Shown here: positions 27,274-38,027 of the stretch, piece after piece | Numbering within the stretch: the first letter of the stretch is position 1 | How the letters are laid out: each line of letters starts with the position of its first letter | DNA from: a virus | Lineage: Duplodnaviria > Caudoviricetes | Length of the DNA stretch: 64,000 bases | Virus record (IMG/VR): IMGVR_UViG_3300042868_009047 | Reading direction: 5' to 3' (one strand) | Notes under the pieces: generated by a model | The model's database searches: none | What the model was told of the DNA's origin: nothing | What the model saw: only the letters and a program-made list of their open reading frames with translations | Program-made: the position numbers and the translations under genes

Positions 27274-30200
27274 TTATATATTATCAAATAGTACGTTTTG
27301 TGGAGTTACTGTAAATTCAAGTTCAATGAATTCCAAAGTAGGTGTTGGTTTGATAAAGATTTTACCTTTTAAAGTATTTCTATCGTTATCTTCAACGTCC
27401 ATCGCAACGCTAACTCTAAAGTCTGTTAAACCTCTTTCTTTTCTAATGTTATCCAAAATTGGGTTAACCAATGACAAGAATTGATTTCTAACTGTGGTAT
27501 CGTTTGGATCAAATAATAATCTCTTAGATACACTCATAATCAATCTTCTTGCTTGTAATAACAATCTTCTAATGTTAAGTCTATCAAGAGCGCTTGATTT
27601 AATTTGCAAGTTTCTGTTACCCCAGATAACAACACCAATGTCTGAATAAGTTGCTAATGGGTTAATTCTTCCTGGATATAAAACATCTCTAGCTTCTTGA
27701 TCAAGAACAATACGAGCTCTATTACATTTTACTAAACCTCTATTGTAACCAGCAGTTGCAAACCAAGGGAACGCTACGTTATCAGTATAAGCCATATTTC
27801 TTACTACCTCAGCAGTAGGTGGAATATACAAGTTTGCGTTATTCTCTGTATCTGTGATTTGAATCCAAGGGTAGTAAACCGCAGTGTAGTTAGAATCAAT
27901 ATCAGTGTTTTCTAATTCACTAACGATATCTTCAGCATAGTACCAACTTTCAGTATCTGAAGGGTTGTTATTGTTTAACAACTTGATATCAGGTAATGTT
28001 GGTAAGTAAATAGCATCCAATCTCTTCTCTTCAACAACTTCAATAGCGTCTCTAACCAAGTCAGTATTATTTAACACGTCAATACCAGGTGTAGCCAAGA
28101 TATTGATAGCTGTTTCTTCAGGGTTTTGGAATGTTTTGATACCATACATTGTAGCGTAGTAATCAGAAGTACCGAATAATTCAGCGTATTCAACGTTTGT
28201 AAATGTATCAAATGTACCAGCTACGAAACCAGTTCTACCGATTTTATAATCATCCGTATTCGTTCTGTTAACTCTATATTCATCCCAACCATCAAAACCA
28301 CCAGAAAATAACGTTGTGAATTTTCTTGTTCTCATGTTATTATATGGGTGAGTTGATGTTCCATCAACAACGATAGCATCAACGAATGAAGCAACACCAA
28401 CAGCAAAAACTTGTTCACCAGTTACGGAATCAATAACACTGCTTGCGTTAATATCCATGTGGAAACCTTTTGTTTTAGTTGTGTAATCATCACCAGTATT
28501 ATAAGCGTTATCACCTATTGTGCTGATCTTACCTTTGAATAACAATAAATCTCTATCAACACCAAATTGACTTGAGAAACCTAAGTAATGTTTTCTTATT
28601 ACATCACCACTAGAAACCGTAGCATTAGCAAATGGTGGGTTGTAAATCGTATCACCAGGTGCATAATATTTAAGTTTGTATGGTATTTCTGGAACAGCTG
28701 TTGCTGTGTAACCAGTTAAAGCGTTTGTTCTAAATTCATAACCTTCGAAACCAGCTGGAACACCATCTGTAGGTGCGTTTATAGCCATTTCAAGTACAAC
28801 GTAAGAACTCTTAAGTGGGTATTTGTTATCAATTGTACCGATTTTTCTACCAACAAAGTTATCCAAACTTTCATCCATTGTACAATCAACAAATTTTTCA
28901 AGTATAGAAACGTTTGCATCGGTATCACTGAATAATCTAACGTAGATATCAAATGTTTTCTTAGATAAGTCAACATTAGTGATTGAAGCTTTAATTTCAG
29001 TATTAGCGTTAGCACCATCAGAGATTGAAATTAATCTAAACAATCTTTGTGGTAAACCACCTCTTAATTCAGATACAAAGAAAGGTGTTACAGGTGATTG
29101 ATATTGGAATCTATAGTGATCCCAGTTATTAACAGATGTTAATTCACTGTATAAACCTTTAATTTTACCGTTTAATCTACCAAATTTTAAAGAAGCATCG
29201 TAAACATCCTCAACATAGATATAAGAATCTTTATTGTTAGGTGTTGTACCAATTACTTTTTTAATGTAGTTAGATTTTGTGCTATCTAAAGAAACTGTGT
29301 ACGTAAATGTGCTACCAGTTGGGTTTGCGGTTGTACCAGTTAACTCAAAAGCTAAATAAGGATCATTAACAATGTCTGCTGGAGCAACCATATCTAATGT
29401 ATTAACTTTATAACCTAATATATCTGAAGTATAAGTACCTCTGCTTCTTATAGTAGCAACGTTTTTATTGTGACCATCTATAAATGGATCAACCGTTAAA
29501 TCAACATTGAATAACTCTAAAACACCATTAATTTTTTGTGCACCAGCAGATGTAAATGTATGACAATATAAAGCAAATGAAGGCCCGTTATATGTTTGAG
29601 TGGCTGTGTTATACGCTAACTCATTGTTTAATATAAAAGCATCTCTATCAGCAGTTGGAACACCAAATGGTAATTCATATGCATCAATGTAAGTTGGTGT
29701 TAAACTGTTTGTGGCTGCATCAACTGTTAAATCAGTGTCCATATCATCGGTCAAAAGACCCCAATATAAAGCGTTACCAATATAAAAATCTTGTGTGTTA
29801 TAACCACCGATACTTGTGAAGAATTGATTAAATACTGTATCAAAATCAGTTGCAGCAACACCAGTTGCGGTAGCAATATAATCAATTAAATCTGTGTTAC
29901 CAGAACCACCAGTAATATAGAAAGTATTATCATCAGTATCAAATTGAAAATTAATTGTTGTTTGAGTAACACCAGTATGTGTTAACGTTGACTCATCACA
30001 CGCACCTAATGTTTTAATAACCCAAGCCATACCAGCATCGTAGCCAGATAAACCCAAAAGTCTTGTTACATACATTTGGTTTGATTGTGTTAAATACTGT
30101 TTTGCTATGTATGGTAATTCATACTTTACAATTTGTGTATTTTTAAATTTTTCTGGATTAGTACCACCAAAAGTAGTCTTAAATTCATCAAAATTTCTGA

Positions 30201-30339
30201 TGAACATTGGTTGGAACGCTGGACCCTTTAAGGTTTCACCCACTACACCTAATGTTGTAACACCAACTGTCTCAGTTGTAAATGTTAAATCTTTTTCGGT
30301 TGTGTAGACACCTGGAGACGCATAAACTTTGTTTGCCAT
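27274..30339 (-). CDS. Tail sheath protein (T4 gp18-like, 1021 aa)
   Basis: N-terminal YASPGVYTTEKD and GETLKGPAFQP. C-terminal INILATPGID, YYPWIQI, PWFATAGYNRG, RINPL, WGNRNLQ, LDRLNIRRLL and IFIKPTPTLEFIELEF. Confidence 0.97.
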   Translation of the reverse strand: MANKVYASPGVYTTEKDLTFTTETVGVTTLGVVGETLKGPAFQPMFIRNFDEFKTTFGGTNPEKFKNTQIVKYELPYIAKQYLTQSNQMYVTRLLGLSGYDAGMAWVIKTLGACDESTLTHTGVTQTTINFQFDTDDNTFYITGGSGNTDLIDYIATATGVAATDFDTVFNQFFTSIGGYNTQDFYIGNALYWGLLTDDMDTDLTVDAATNSLTPTYIDAYELPFGVPTADRDAFILNNELAYNTATQTYNGPSFALYCHTFTSAGAQKINGVLELFNVDLTVDPFIDGHNKNVATIRSRGTYTSDILGYKVNTLDMVAPADIVNDPYLAFELTGTTANPTGSTFTYTVSLDSTKSNYIKKVIGTTPNNKDSYIYVEDVYDASLKFGRLNGKIKGLYSELTSVNNWDHYRFQYQSPVTPFFVSELRGGLPQRLFRLISISDGANANTEIKASITNVDLSKKTFDIYVRLFSDTDANVSILEKFVDCTMDESLDNFVGRKIGTIDNKYPLKSSYVVLEMAINAPTDGVPAGFEGYEFRTNALTGYTATAVPEIPYKLKYYAPGDTIYNPPFANATVSSGDVIRKHYLGFSSQFGVDRDLLLFKGKISTIGDNAYNTGDDYTTKTKGFHMDINASSVIDSVTGEQVFAVGVASFVDAIVVDGTSTHPYNNMRTRKFTTLFSGGFDGWDEYRVNRTNTDDYKIGRTGFVAGTFDTFTNVEYAELFGTSDYYATMYGIKTFQNPEETAINILATPGIDVLNNTDLVRDAIEVVEEKRLDAIYLPTLPDIKLLNNNNPSDTESWYYAEDIVSELENTDIDSNYTAVYYPWIQITDTENNANLYIPPTAEVVRNMAYTDNVAFPWFATAGYNRGLVKCNRARIVLDQEARDVLYPGRINPLATYSDIGVVIWGNRNLQIKSSALDRLNIRRLLLQARRLIMSVSKRLLFDPNDTTVRNQFLSLVNPILDNIRKERGLTDFRVSVAMDVEDNDRNTLKGKIFIKPTPTLEFIELEFTVTPQNVLFDNI

Positions 30340-30442
30340 ATTTAGTTAATTTTATTTATTTAATTTTATCTTATTCATAAATATCGGATTTTTTACCAAA
30401 AAACCAGAATACCACTTCATTTTTAAAATTCTTTATTTATTT

Positions 30443-31210
30443 TTAAATATTTTCTGTTATTGTAAAAGTTCTACTAATCGCTGGTGTTACAATATAATCG
30501 TCTGGATCTGATAAAAATCCTTGTAAATTAAAATTGTACAGTTGCACGTAAAACCTTTTATTATTAAGATCAGTCACTTGACTTTCATCTGAAGAATCTT
30601 CTAAAACAATTGGAATATAATGTCCATTAACCACCGTATAAGCTTGTCTGCTTTGGAAATTTTTTAAAACCGTGGCGTTAAATTTATTAAGTTCTTGTTG
30701 TCTGTAAGCAAAAATTCTAACATCATAAGTTATATCAACAGGTATTGGTTGTGGTATTTTATAAACGTCAACACCAATTTTATTACCATCCCAAGTTGGA
30801 ACTTCAGCATATGTGTAATGTTTTCCTGTTGGTATGTTATAAATTAAAGATGGGTTTGTACCATATTTTGTATCTGGATTTCTAACAATATTAACAAAAG
30901 GTATTTTTAAATTTTTATATTCATCTGAAAATTTCCATGTTTGTGAAAACTCATTCCATTTTTGAATACCCATCATAAACACAGGGACTTTTTCACCGTC
31001 AATAGAAATAGCTAATTCGTTAGTAATAAAATCTTTAAAACCTCTATCTAAATCAATGTGCATAACACCTTTTGGTAAATAAGTGTCTTTATTGATAATC
31101 ATATCTTTCATATTTTCAGCCGCACCGCTTTGCATTGAGTAAGGATACTCGATGTTAGCACGTTGTTGTGTTAGATTGATTTTCTTTTTGAATGAACCTG
31201 GTAAAGCCAT
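30443..31210 (-). CDS. Tail terminator / sheath stabilizer (gp15-like)
   Basis: PIPVDITYDVRIF...ELNKFNATVLKNF...RFYVQLYNFNLQG; located immediately upstream of the sheath gene. Confidence 0.6.
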   Translation of the reverse strand: MALPGSFKKKINLTQQRANIEYPYSMQSGAAENMKDMIINKDTYLPKGVMHIDLDRGFKDFITNELAISIDGEKVPVFMMGIQKWNEFSQTWKFSDEYKNLKIPFVNIVRNPDTKYGTNPSLIYNIPTGKHYTYAEVPTWDGNKIGVDVYKIPQPIPVDITYDVRIFAYRQQELNKFNATVLKNFQSRQAYTVVNGHYIPIVLEDSSDESQVTDLNNKRFYVQLYNFNLQGFLSDPDDYIVTPAISRTFTITENI

Positions 31211-31212
31211 GA

Positions 31213-31734
31213 TTATACTCCCTTAAATACGTTAGGATCAACGTTTGTACATTTTATTCTTCTAAAATAACCAGAATAACCAAATTGAGTACTTGGATTA
31301 TCCGTATTTACTTTATCATCGTCAAAAACGGTAAAATATTTTAAATTGTTTTGTTTATCCGAATAACCAACAATATCCCCATAACTTATTTCAGTATTTT
31401 TTTCATTAAGTTGTTTTTGTAAAACCATAAACTCAAGATTACCATAATCTTGATACCTTAAATTACCGTTTGGTGAATATGATTTATTCTCACCGTTTTC
31501 AAGTTTAAGAATAACCTTTAACTCAACGGGTGATAAAAATCTGACATCATTTACATTACTTTCACCGTAAACGTCATCCATTTGGGTGTTAACTCTGTCA
31601 ACTCTAAATAAAACAACAGTAAAATTCATATCCCCCTCAATAAGCTCTGTCGCCATATCAAGCTCTAGTTGAAAATCCTCTTCATCATAAAACCTATTCA
31701 ACCTTGTATTTGGTATTCTAGTTTTTCTTTCCAT
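31213..31734 (-). CDS. Head closure / neck protein (gp14-like), likely start 31734 (MERKTRIP)
   Basis: VLFRVDRVNTQMDDVYGES and ISYGDIVGY motifs. The late motif at 31746-31753 and the divergent promoter argue against the longer track ORF. Confidence 0.6.
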   Translation of the reverse strand: MERKTRIPNTRLNRFYDEEDFQLELDMATELIEGDMNFTVVLFRVDRVNTQMDDVYGESNVNDVRFLSPVELKVILKLENGENKSYSPNGNLRYQDYGNLEFMVLQKQLNEKNTEISYGDIVGYSDKQNNLKYFTVFDDDKVNTDNPSTQFGYSGYFRRIKCTNVDPNVFKGV

Positions 31735-31771
31735 TATTGTTTTTATATAAATAGTTTGATTTATTAATGAA

Positions 31772-31802
31772 TTGACTTTGTCATAAAAATTTATTATTAT
31801 TG
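31772..31802 (+). promoter_or_regulatory. Host-RNAP promoter for the helicase gene
   Basis: TTGACT-N17-TATTAT; it also reads as TTG-N20-TATTATTG, one mismatch from the Bacteroidota consensus. Confidence 0.6.
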
Positions 31803-31834
31803 AGTAATAATAAATTAAAGGAAAACAAACATAA

Positions 31835-33613
31835 ATGCAGTTACCCATAGAAAAGAGAGCGCTGGATATATTAAAAACATATAAAGGGTCAAATGATTAT
31901 ATATTGGGTATACAAAACACATACTTTACGAGTAAAAGTTTTATACCAACAAAAAACCAAAGCGATTATGTTATTAAAAACGGTAATGTTGACCCTGTTG
32001 TCGTTAATAAATTATTCGATATAAGTAAATCTTGTAGACCTTTTATCGCTGAACAATTAAAATTAGATTTTATACCAGATAAAATATTCATTAATAAATT
32101 ACTTAGTAGAAAAGAAAATTTTTTACATATTTACGGTTGTTTTGAAGAAGGTTGTGACCAATACTATACATTTTACATTTCAAAAGAGTGTGTAAAAGTT
32201 AGTCGCCCTGAACCAGAAATTGACCCAACAAAGTATGAAAGGGATCCAAAACCACATCAAATAACAGCAATTAAAAAATTATTGACAAACGATAAATTTA
32301 TATTGGCTGATGAAATGGGTCTTGGTAAAACTACATCCGCTATCATTGCGGCCATAGAAGGTCAATTTAAAAAAATATTGATTGTTTGTCCAGCATCACT
32401 TAAACTTAACTGGAAAATTGAAATTTCAAACTATGATTCCCCAGATAATATTAGCGTTGTTGACGGAAGTAACCTTACTGTAAAGAAATGGACAATCGTA
32501 AACTACGATATTCTTAAGAATTTTCACCATTTACCTAGACGTGGTGTTAAGACAGCTGATTTACCCGTGTCACCAATTGATTACCATAAGTTTGATTTGG
32601 TAATTGCGGATGAAGCTCACTACCTTAAAAACGCTGCGTCAAACAGAACTAAGATCTTTAATGATTTTGCAATGAAAATACCAGTAAGGTGGTTATTGAC
32701 AGGTACACCAATCACAAATAAACCGATTGATTTCTATAATCTTTTGTATTTGTGTGATTCACCTGTTGCTTCTAACTGGGTTGGCTATGTTAAAAGATAT
32801 TGCGCTGGTAGACAATTCAACCGTAAAGGTACCAAACAAAAGTATTGGGTTTGTTCAGGATCTTCAAATCTTGAGGAATTAAAAGATTTCTCTGCTGATG
32901 TTATCTTAAGGAGAACTAAGAGTGATTCTATTGATTTACCACAAAAGACTATTAAACCTGTATATCTACCATTGGAATTCTCAACCAGTTACAACGCTTA
33001 TATTGATGAATATGAAGCTTGGATTGAGGAAATGGAAGCGGCTGGTGAAAAACCAACAATTACAGATCACTTAACAAAACTTATTAAAGTTAGACAATTA
33101 TTATCCTACGATAAAATAGCCCACACAATTGAAATGGCTGAAGAAATGCTTGAGAATGATCAAAAGGTAATTATCTTTAGTTGTTTTACAAACACAATTA
33201 AAGAATTGCAAGCTCATTTTGGTAAAAAGTCAGTAACGATTGACGGGTCTGTTTCAAAAGAAAAAAGACAACAAGCTGTCGAAGCATTCCAAAATGATAA
33301 CAACATCAAAGTTTTTTTAGGTAATATTGTTGCGGCTGGCGTTGGTTTAACACTTACTGAAAGTAGCGTTGTAATATTCAATGATCTGGATTGGACACCA
33401 GCTAACCATATGCAAGCTGAGGATAGGGCTCATAGAATTGGTCAACAAAATCAAGTCCATATTATATACCCATTGTTTGCGGACACTTTAGACATGATCA
33501 TGTATAAAGCACTTCAAAGTAAAATGAAAATTATTAGCACGATTATGGGTGATAACCCATCAGAAGAACAAATTTCTGTTGGTAAAGAAGTTATTATGCA
33601 CCTTAGACGTTAA
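31835..33613 (+). CDS. SNF2-family (SMARCAL1/HARP-like) helicase
   Basis: ILADEMGLGKT (motif I), IVCPASL, ADEAH (II), LLTGTP (III) and QAEDRAHRIGQ (VI). Confidence 0.95.
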   Translation: MQLPIEKRALDILKTYKGSNDYILGIQNTYFTSKSFIPTKNQSDYVIKNGNVDPVVVNKLFDISKSCRPFIAEQLKLDFIPDKIFINKLLSRKENFLHIYGCFEEGCDQYYTFYISKECVKVSRPEPEIDPTKYERDPKPHQITAIKKLLTNDKFILADEMGLGKTTSAIIAAIEGQFKKILIVCPASLKLNWKIEISNYDSPDNISVVDGSNLTVKKWTIVNYDILKNFHHLPRRGVKTADLPVSPIDYHKFDLVIADEAHYLKNAASNRTKIFNDFAMKIPVRWLLTGTPITNKPIDFYNLLYLCDSPVASNWVGYVKRYCAGRQFNRKGTKQKYWVCSGSSNLEELKDFSADVILRRTKSDSIDLPQKTIKPVYLPLEFSTSYNAYIDEYEAWIEEMEAAGEKPTITDHLTKLIKVRQLLSYDKIAHTIEMAEEMLENDQKVIIFSCFTNTIKELQAHFGKKSVTIDGSVSKEKRQQAVEAFQNDNNIKVFLGNIVAAGVGLTLTESSVVIFNDLDWTPANHMQAEDRAHRIGQQNQVHIIYPLFADTLDMIMYKALQSKMKIISTIMGDNPSEEQISVGKEVIMHLRR

Positions 33614-34785
33614 TGTTGTAGTAAATAACTACCTTTAACATCTTTTCTTTGAGCTGCAATATCACTGTCACCAGTTGGCAATACAATAACATTGTATTTA
33701 AATGCTTCACCTTGTGTTGTTGGTAACTCATCCGTATAAACAATTGATTCGTATGGTATGTTATATTTAATACTAACACGATTTTTTAATGTTTCTTTAG
33801 CTTCATCATCAATAAAGGTTGCTTTTTCTTTTTCATCCTTAACATAGTGAGGACCTTTTTTAACAAAAATATCTTTAAATAACTCTTTTGGTACTATCTT
33901 AGAAATTTTAACTGTATCTGTATCAACTTTAGCTGTTTCTTTTTTATTCGCATCATCAGAAAAATTCATAACAAAATTTGGATCCGCTATGTTTGCAATA
34001 TCACCCATCTTTGTATATGCATAAGATTCAATATTATAGCCATCTTTAAGTAACTGGTTTGTAACACTAATTGCTATATCATAATATTTTTTAGCAAAAA
34101 AATCACCAGCATCATTCCATCTAATAATTAATTTAATGTCAATACCTTCTTTTTTTGATTGTCTTTTTATACTATAAGCTAAAGGATCTAACTCATCCAT
34201 TATAATGTTTTCATACATTTCAGGATCATTTAATAATAGATTAACTCTTTGTGTATATTTTAAATTTTTACCATCACTCATAATATAACGACCTTTTCTA
34301 GCGTAACATCCAACCGCACATGAGCCAGCCCCAGGACAAGTATTTATGGTATAAAATTTACCTTGCTCTTTATCATAAAGAATACTTCTTAACGCTGGTA
34401 TACCCGTATTAACAGTATATTGCCCACCACCCCTGTCACCTTTTTCCATTTTAGGGTTTCTATCAAATATCAATTTAGGTAAAGCCGTAATTTGTCTAAT
34501 AAAATGGTTAATATCAATTTCACCCTCTTTATCCATTGGTATATTATTACGACTAATTATAGGTGTATTAGCGTCAATTTTCTCCCTATTTTTTTCTGGT
34601 GAATTTAATCTATCTATTTGTGAGTTTAGCATACCAATAACAGATTCTGGGGACAAGCAAGTTTTTTTAACATCACTAAAATCATTTTCCCAATCAACCT
34701 CAGATATATTTGTGGACTCATTTAAACGAAAACCGATTAATTCTTTTGTTCTGAGTATTGCGTTATTAAATTTGTTATTAGTCAT
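33610..34785 (-). CDS. GP88-like protein (Cys-cluster), likely start 34785 (MTNNKF)
   Basis: NTCPGAGSCAVGCYARKGRY, IRWNDAGDFF and SYAYTK motifs. Confidence 0.7.
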   Translation of the reverse strand: MTNNKFNNAILRTKELIGFRLNESTNISEVDWENDFSDVKKTCLSPESVIGMLNSQIDRLNSPEKNREKIDANTPIISRNNIPMDKEGEIDINHFIRQITALPKLIFDRNPKMEKGDRGGGQYTVNTGIPALRSILYDKEQGKFYTINTCPGAGSCAVGCYARKGRYIMSDGKNLKYTQRVNLLLNDPEMYENIIMDELDPLAYSIKRQSKKEGIDIKLIIRWNDAGDFFAKKYYDIAISVTNQLLKDGYNIESYAYTKMGDIANIADPNFVMNFSDDANKKETAKVDTDTVKISKIVPKELFKDIFVKKGPHYVKDEKEKATFIDDEAKETLKNRVSIKYNIPYESIVYTDELPTTQGEAFKYNVIVLPTGDSDIAAQRKDVKGSYLLQH

Positions 34786-34805
34786 AATATTCCCGTATTT
34801 AAAAG

Positions 34806-34820
34806 TATTTATAATAAATA
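34806..34820. promoter_or_regulatory. Back-to-back divergent late motifs (TATTTATA on +, TATTTATT on -)
   Basis: TATTTATAATAAATA lies between the divergent starts at 34785 and 34829. Confidence 0.6.
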
Positions 34821-34828
34821 TTAGGCAA

Positions 34829-35920
34829 ATGAGAATAAATCCAATCGAAAAGCAAAAAATATACAAACAAGCTAAACACAGACTTGGTGCCCCTATTAGA
34901 AAGATTCAATTAGAGGATGAGCAAATGGACTCTCTTCTTGAAATCGCAACAGAAGATTATGTTGAGTTTATTAACAACTGGTTAATTGAACACCAATGGC
35001 CAAGTTTGATTGGTTTAAGTGTTAGTGAGGCTGACCTAACAAGGGCTTTTATTTATAGAAGCTTTGATTTGGTTACTCAATATACCTATTCTTACTCAAA
35101 AATCGTTGGTTTAGGTGCTGGTGAAGGTGGTTATGTACTTAAAAAAGACTATGTTGAATTATCTAAAGGACAACAAATATATGAAATTCCAGCGAATAGG
35201 GAAATAAATGAGGTGTTATGGTTTACCCCAGCTTCTTTAGATCAATCTGTAATTGACCCATTCTTAGGTGTTTGGAATAATCAATTTGGTGCCGAATACA
35301 TGGGTTTAGGTAGTTATTATATTCTACCAGCCTTTGATATCTTAATGAGAACAACGGATAGAAACCTTAAAAATAGAATGATTCGCTCTGAGTTAATATA
35401 TAAGATTACGAATGCACCTGATGGTAAAAAATATCTTCATTTAATGAATACCCCAGGTGGTAAGTTTGATTTTAGGGGTTCAATGCTTGACCAGGGTAAA
35501 TGTTGGTATTGGTATTACGATATTAACCCATTAATTAAAGACGATTGTTTAGCAAAAAACAAAGATATTATTAAATCACCTTCTGATGTTCCGTTGGATA
35601 ATATTTCATTTGATGATTTAAATGATCCAGCTAAAGTTTGGATCAGAAGATATTTTATTGCATTATGTAAAGAAACTTTAGGTAGGGTAAGAGGTACATT
35701 TGGTGGTAAAATACCAGTTCCAGATGCAAATATGGAAATTGAATACCAATCGCTTTTATCAGAAGGTAAAGATGAGATGGTTACACTTAAAAAAGAATTA
35801 GAGGATAGAATGTTTAAATTAAATCCAATAGAAATTCTTAAGAGAATGTCTTCTGAGGCTGAAGAAATTAATAAAGCCCTTAAATTTAGAGCATTCCAAA
35901 AACCAATTAAGATTATATAA
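34829..35920 (+). CDS. Neck / head-tail adaptor protein (gp13-like), likely start 34829 (MRINPIEK)
   Basis: HRLGAPIRKIQLEDEQMDSLLEIA and WIRRYFIALCKETLGRVRGTFGGKIP..LLSEGKDEMVTLKKEL. Confidence 0.8.
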   Translation: MRINPIEKQKIYKQAKHRLGAPIRKIQLEDEQMDSLLEIATEDYVEFINNWLIEHQWPSLIGLSVSEADLTRAFIYRSFDLVTQYTYSYSKIVGLGAGEGGYVLKKDYVELSKGQQIYEIPANREINEVLWFTPASLDQSVIDPFLGVWNNQFGAEYMGLGSYYILPAFDILMRTTDRNLKNRMIRSELIYKITNAPDGKKYLHLMNTPGGKFDFRGSMLDQGKCWYWYYDINPLIKDDCLAKNKDIIKSPSDVPLDNISFDDLNDPAKVWIRRYFIALCKETLGRVRGTFGGKIPVPDANMEIEYQSLLSEGKDEMVTLKKELEDRMFKLNPIEILKRMSSEAEEINKALKFRAFQKPIKII

Positions 35921-37620
35921 TGTTTTATACAGCCCTAGATAATAGTGATTATTTTGATTTAGTTGTCACAAAAGATTGTCGTGATTTTTATCGTAATTAT
36001 AGTGAATGTAATTTAATAAACATTAATATTACTGAAGATCTATGTTCAACCCCTGGGAGTGTTCAAACAGAAGAAGTTGAATTAAAGAATATAACCCTTA
36101 CTGGTTATGATAACTTTTTTATACATAATGGTGAAATATCTAACATTAATAATTTCACTGGTGATACAATAGGGTATACGGTTAATCAAGATATTGTTAT
36201 TGATGTCGATAAAAATTTAACATATGTGGTCGAGACTGGGGATACATTCTGTTTTCATGAAATATCAGGTTATAGTGGTAATTATTGTTATGAGATCGAT
36301 CATTTAAACCTTGATAACGGTGTTTACTACAACAAATTAAACGGTGGTTTTTACCAAGGCTTTTATAAAATATTTGGTGAGAACGTTGAATGGTATCCAG
36401 CCAGAGCAAAAATGGGTTGGACCGTTGACATGGTTGTTCATTTTCCTATGGACGTAACAGGTTCAACTGGAACTAGTGGTACTTCAGGAACATCTGGTTC
36501 TTCTGGATCTAACGGTACTAATGGAACTATTGGTACTTCAGGAACATCTGGTTCTTCTGGGTCTAACGGTTCTTCAGGATCTAACGGTACTAATGGCACT
36601 TCAGGAACATCTGGTTCTTCTGGATCATCAGGGAGTTGTGTAACTTTGAACGAGGTTTACCCAAATAATAGTGGTTTTATTTTTTATTTAGGAACAAGAG
36701 CTGAAAATAAATTTGCTGATAAGACTGACATTGAGATACAAAAATTTGAAAATAACTATGAAATCTTACCGTTAAACACAACAAACTTATTCACCTATAA
36801 TAATTTAATAAGTTTAGATGGTTTAACCAATTACATTGGTTATTTTAACTATTATAATGGTTTAATGTATACTGGTAGAAATTACACAACAGATTCTCAA
36901 CCTTTACAATATCATCAGGAATATAGCGATTTAACTTATAATGCATTTGGTATAAGAGTTACCAATGATGGTAGAATTGGTTATAGAACAATATACCCAA
37001 CTGACATATGTTACACTGGGGCGACACAAGAAGTAAGCGGTATAACAAACAACTCATTTATAATGGAACCCGATGATCCTTGTGTTAGTCATACAAAAGC
37101 TCTTATTATTACAAAATACTTTACCATTGAAGAATGTTATACAAAAAAACCAGTTATCAATGTTAATGAAAAAAAGTTTTTAAATATAACTGGAGTGTTT
37201 GAAAGGGATTTTGGATATGGTGATAATTGCCAGTTAAAATACGGTGACTATAAAAAAGGAACCTTCTCAATTTACCTAAACGGATTTCTAGTTTTTAGAA
37301 ATAAAAAATTTGTTGAGGTTATACCACATGAATTAGATACCGATGCGAAATACCAAGAAGGTGTACCGTTTAATATTTCATTTGGTGGTGGTACCCAAAG
37401 TTTAATTGATGCTGTTGTGTTTGATAAGACAAAAGTACTTGGTACCGTTTTAGAAAGATTTTTTGCTGGAACATTTTTAGGTGGTGTTAAATCATTTAAA
37501 ATGTATTGTGTACCTTTGTATACTGTTGAAGTTAAAAAAGAACTTAGAAGTATTGCAGGTATATATAACTTACCAATAATAAACGGTGGAAGACAAATAT
37601 TTATAAAAAACCTATTCTAA
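35920..37620 (+). CDS. Virion structural protein with a Gly-X-Y (Gly-Ser/Thr) repeat and a lectin/LamG-like beta domain
   Basis: 19 G-X-Y triplets followed by the beta-rich GFIFYLGTRAENKF...GTFSIYLNG...QEGVPFNISFGGGTQSL region; follows the neck gene. Confidence 0.6.
   Translation: MFYTALDNSDYFDLVVTKDCRDFYRNYSECNLININITEDLCSTPGSVQTEEVELKNITLTGYDNFFIHNGEISNINNFTGDTIGYTVNQDIVIDVDKNLTYVVETGDTFCFHEISGYSGNYCYEIDHLNLDNGVYYNKLNGGFYQGFYKIFGENVEWYPARAKMGWTVDMVVHFPMDVTGSTGTSGTSGTSGSSGSNGTNGTIGTSGTSGSSGSNGSSGSNGTNGTSGTSGSSGSSGSCVTLNEVYPNNSGFIFYLGTRAENKFADKTDIEIQKFENNYEILPLNTTNLFTYNNLISLDGLTNYIGYFNYYNGLMYTGRNYTTDSQPLQYHQEYSDLTYNAFGIRVTNDGRIGYRTIYPTDICYTGATQEVSGITNNSFIMEPDDPCVSHTKALIITKYFTIEECYTKKPVINVNEKKFLNITGVFERDFGYGDNCQLKYGDYKKGTFSIYLNGFLVFRNKKFVEVIPHELDTDAKYQEGVPFNISFGGGTQSLIDAVVFDKTKVLGTVLERFFAGTFLGGVKSFKMYCVPLYTVEVKKELRSIAGIYNLPIINGGRQIFIKNLF
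36460..36636 (+). repeat. Collagen-like (G-S/T-S/N/T)19 low-complexity repeat
   Basis: GSTGTSGTSGTSGSSGSNGTNG...; three copies of acttcaggaacatctggttcttctgg. Confidence 0.95.
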
Positions 37621-38021
37621 TGATATTCAGTATAAGACAAAACGCGACATTACCTATTTTGAAAATGAAAGTTTTCAGAGATGGCCGCAACGATTTTAGA
37701 CGTTTCGAAGAGTTAATCGAAAATTGTGTGGTAACATTTGCCATGAAAGATGAAAAAACTGGTATATACAAAGTTGCAAATAAAGCGGCAAATGTTGTAC
37801 TTGAAAATCCTTGTGACGAAAATGGTTACAAAAACTATATCATAACATACCAATTTACAAAAGACGATACCGACAAACCTGGGGTGTTTCTTGGTGAATT
37901 TAAATTAACCTTGTTTGATCTAGCCGACCCAACTGAAGTTTATGGTGAGTTAATAGCACCAATTCAAGAGGAATTATACATACACATCCTCGATTCATTC
38001 GTAAAAACAGATATTATTTAA
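37620..38021 (+). CDS. BppU N-terminal-like Ig-fold structural protein
   Basis: FSIRQNATLPILKM...ITYQFTKDDTDKPGVFLGEFKL; late motif at 37598-37605. Confidence 0.6.
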   Translation: MIFSIRQNATLPILKMKVFRDGRNDFRRFEELIENCVVTFAMKDEKTGIYKVANKAANVVLENPCDENGYKNYIITYQFTKDDTDKPGVFLGEFKLTLFDLADPTEVYGELIAPIQEELYIHILDSFVKTDII

Positions 38022-38027
38022 CCTTTT

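Noticed and set aside
1-31734. Bacterial extracellular contractile injection system (eCIS/tailocin)
   Set aside because: Neck proteins, terminase, PolB, helicase and a late sigma factor on the same contig indicate a complete phage.
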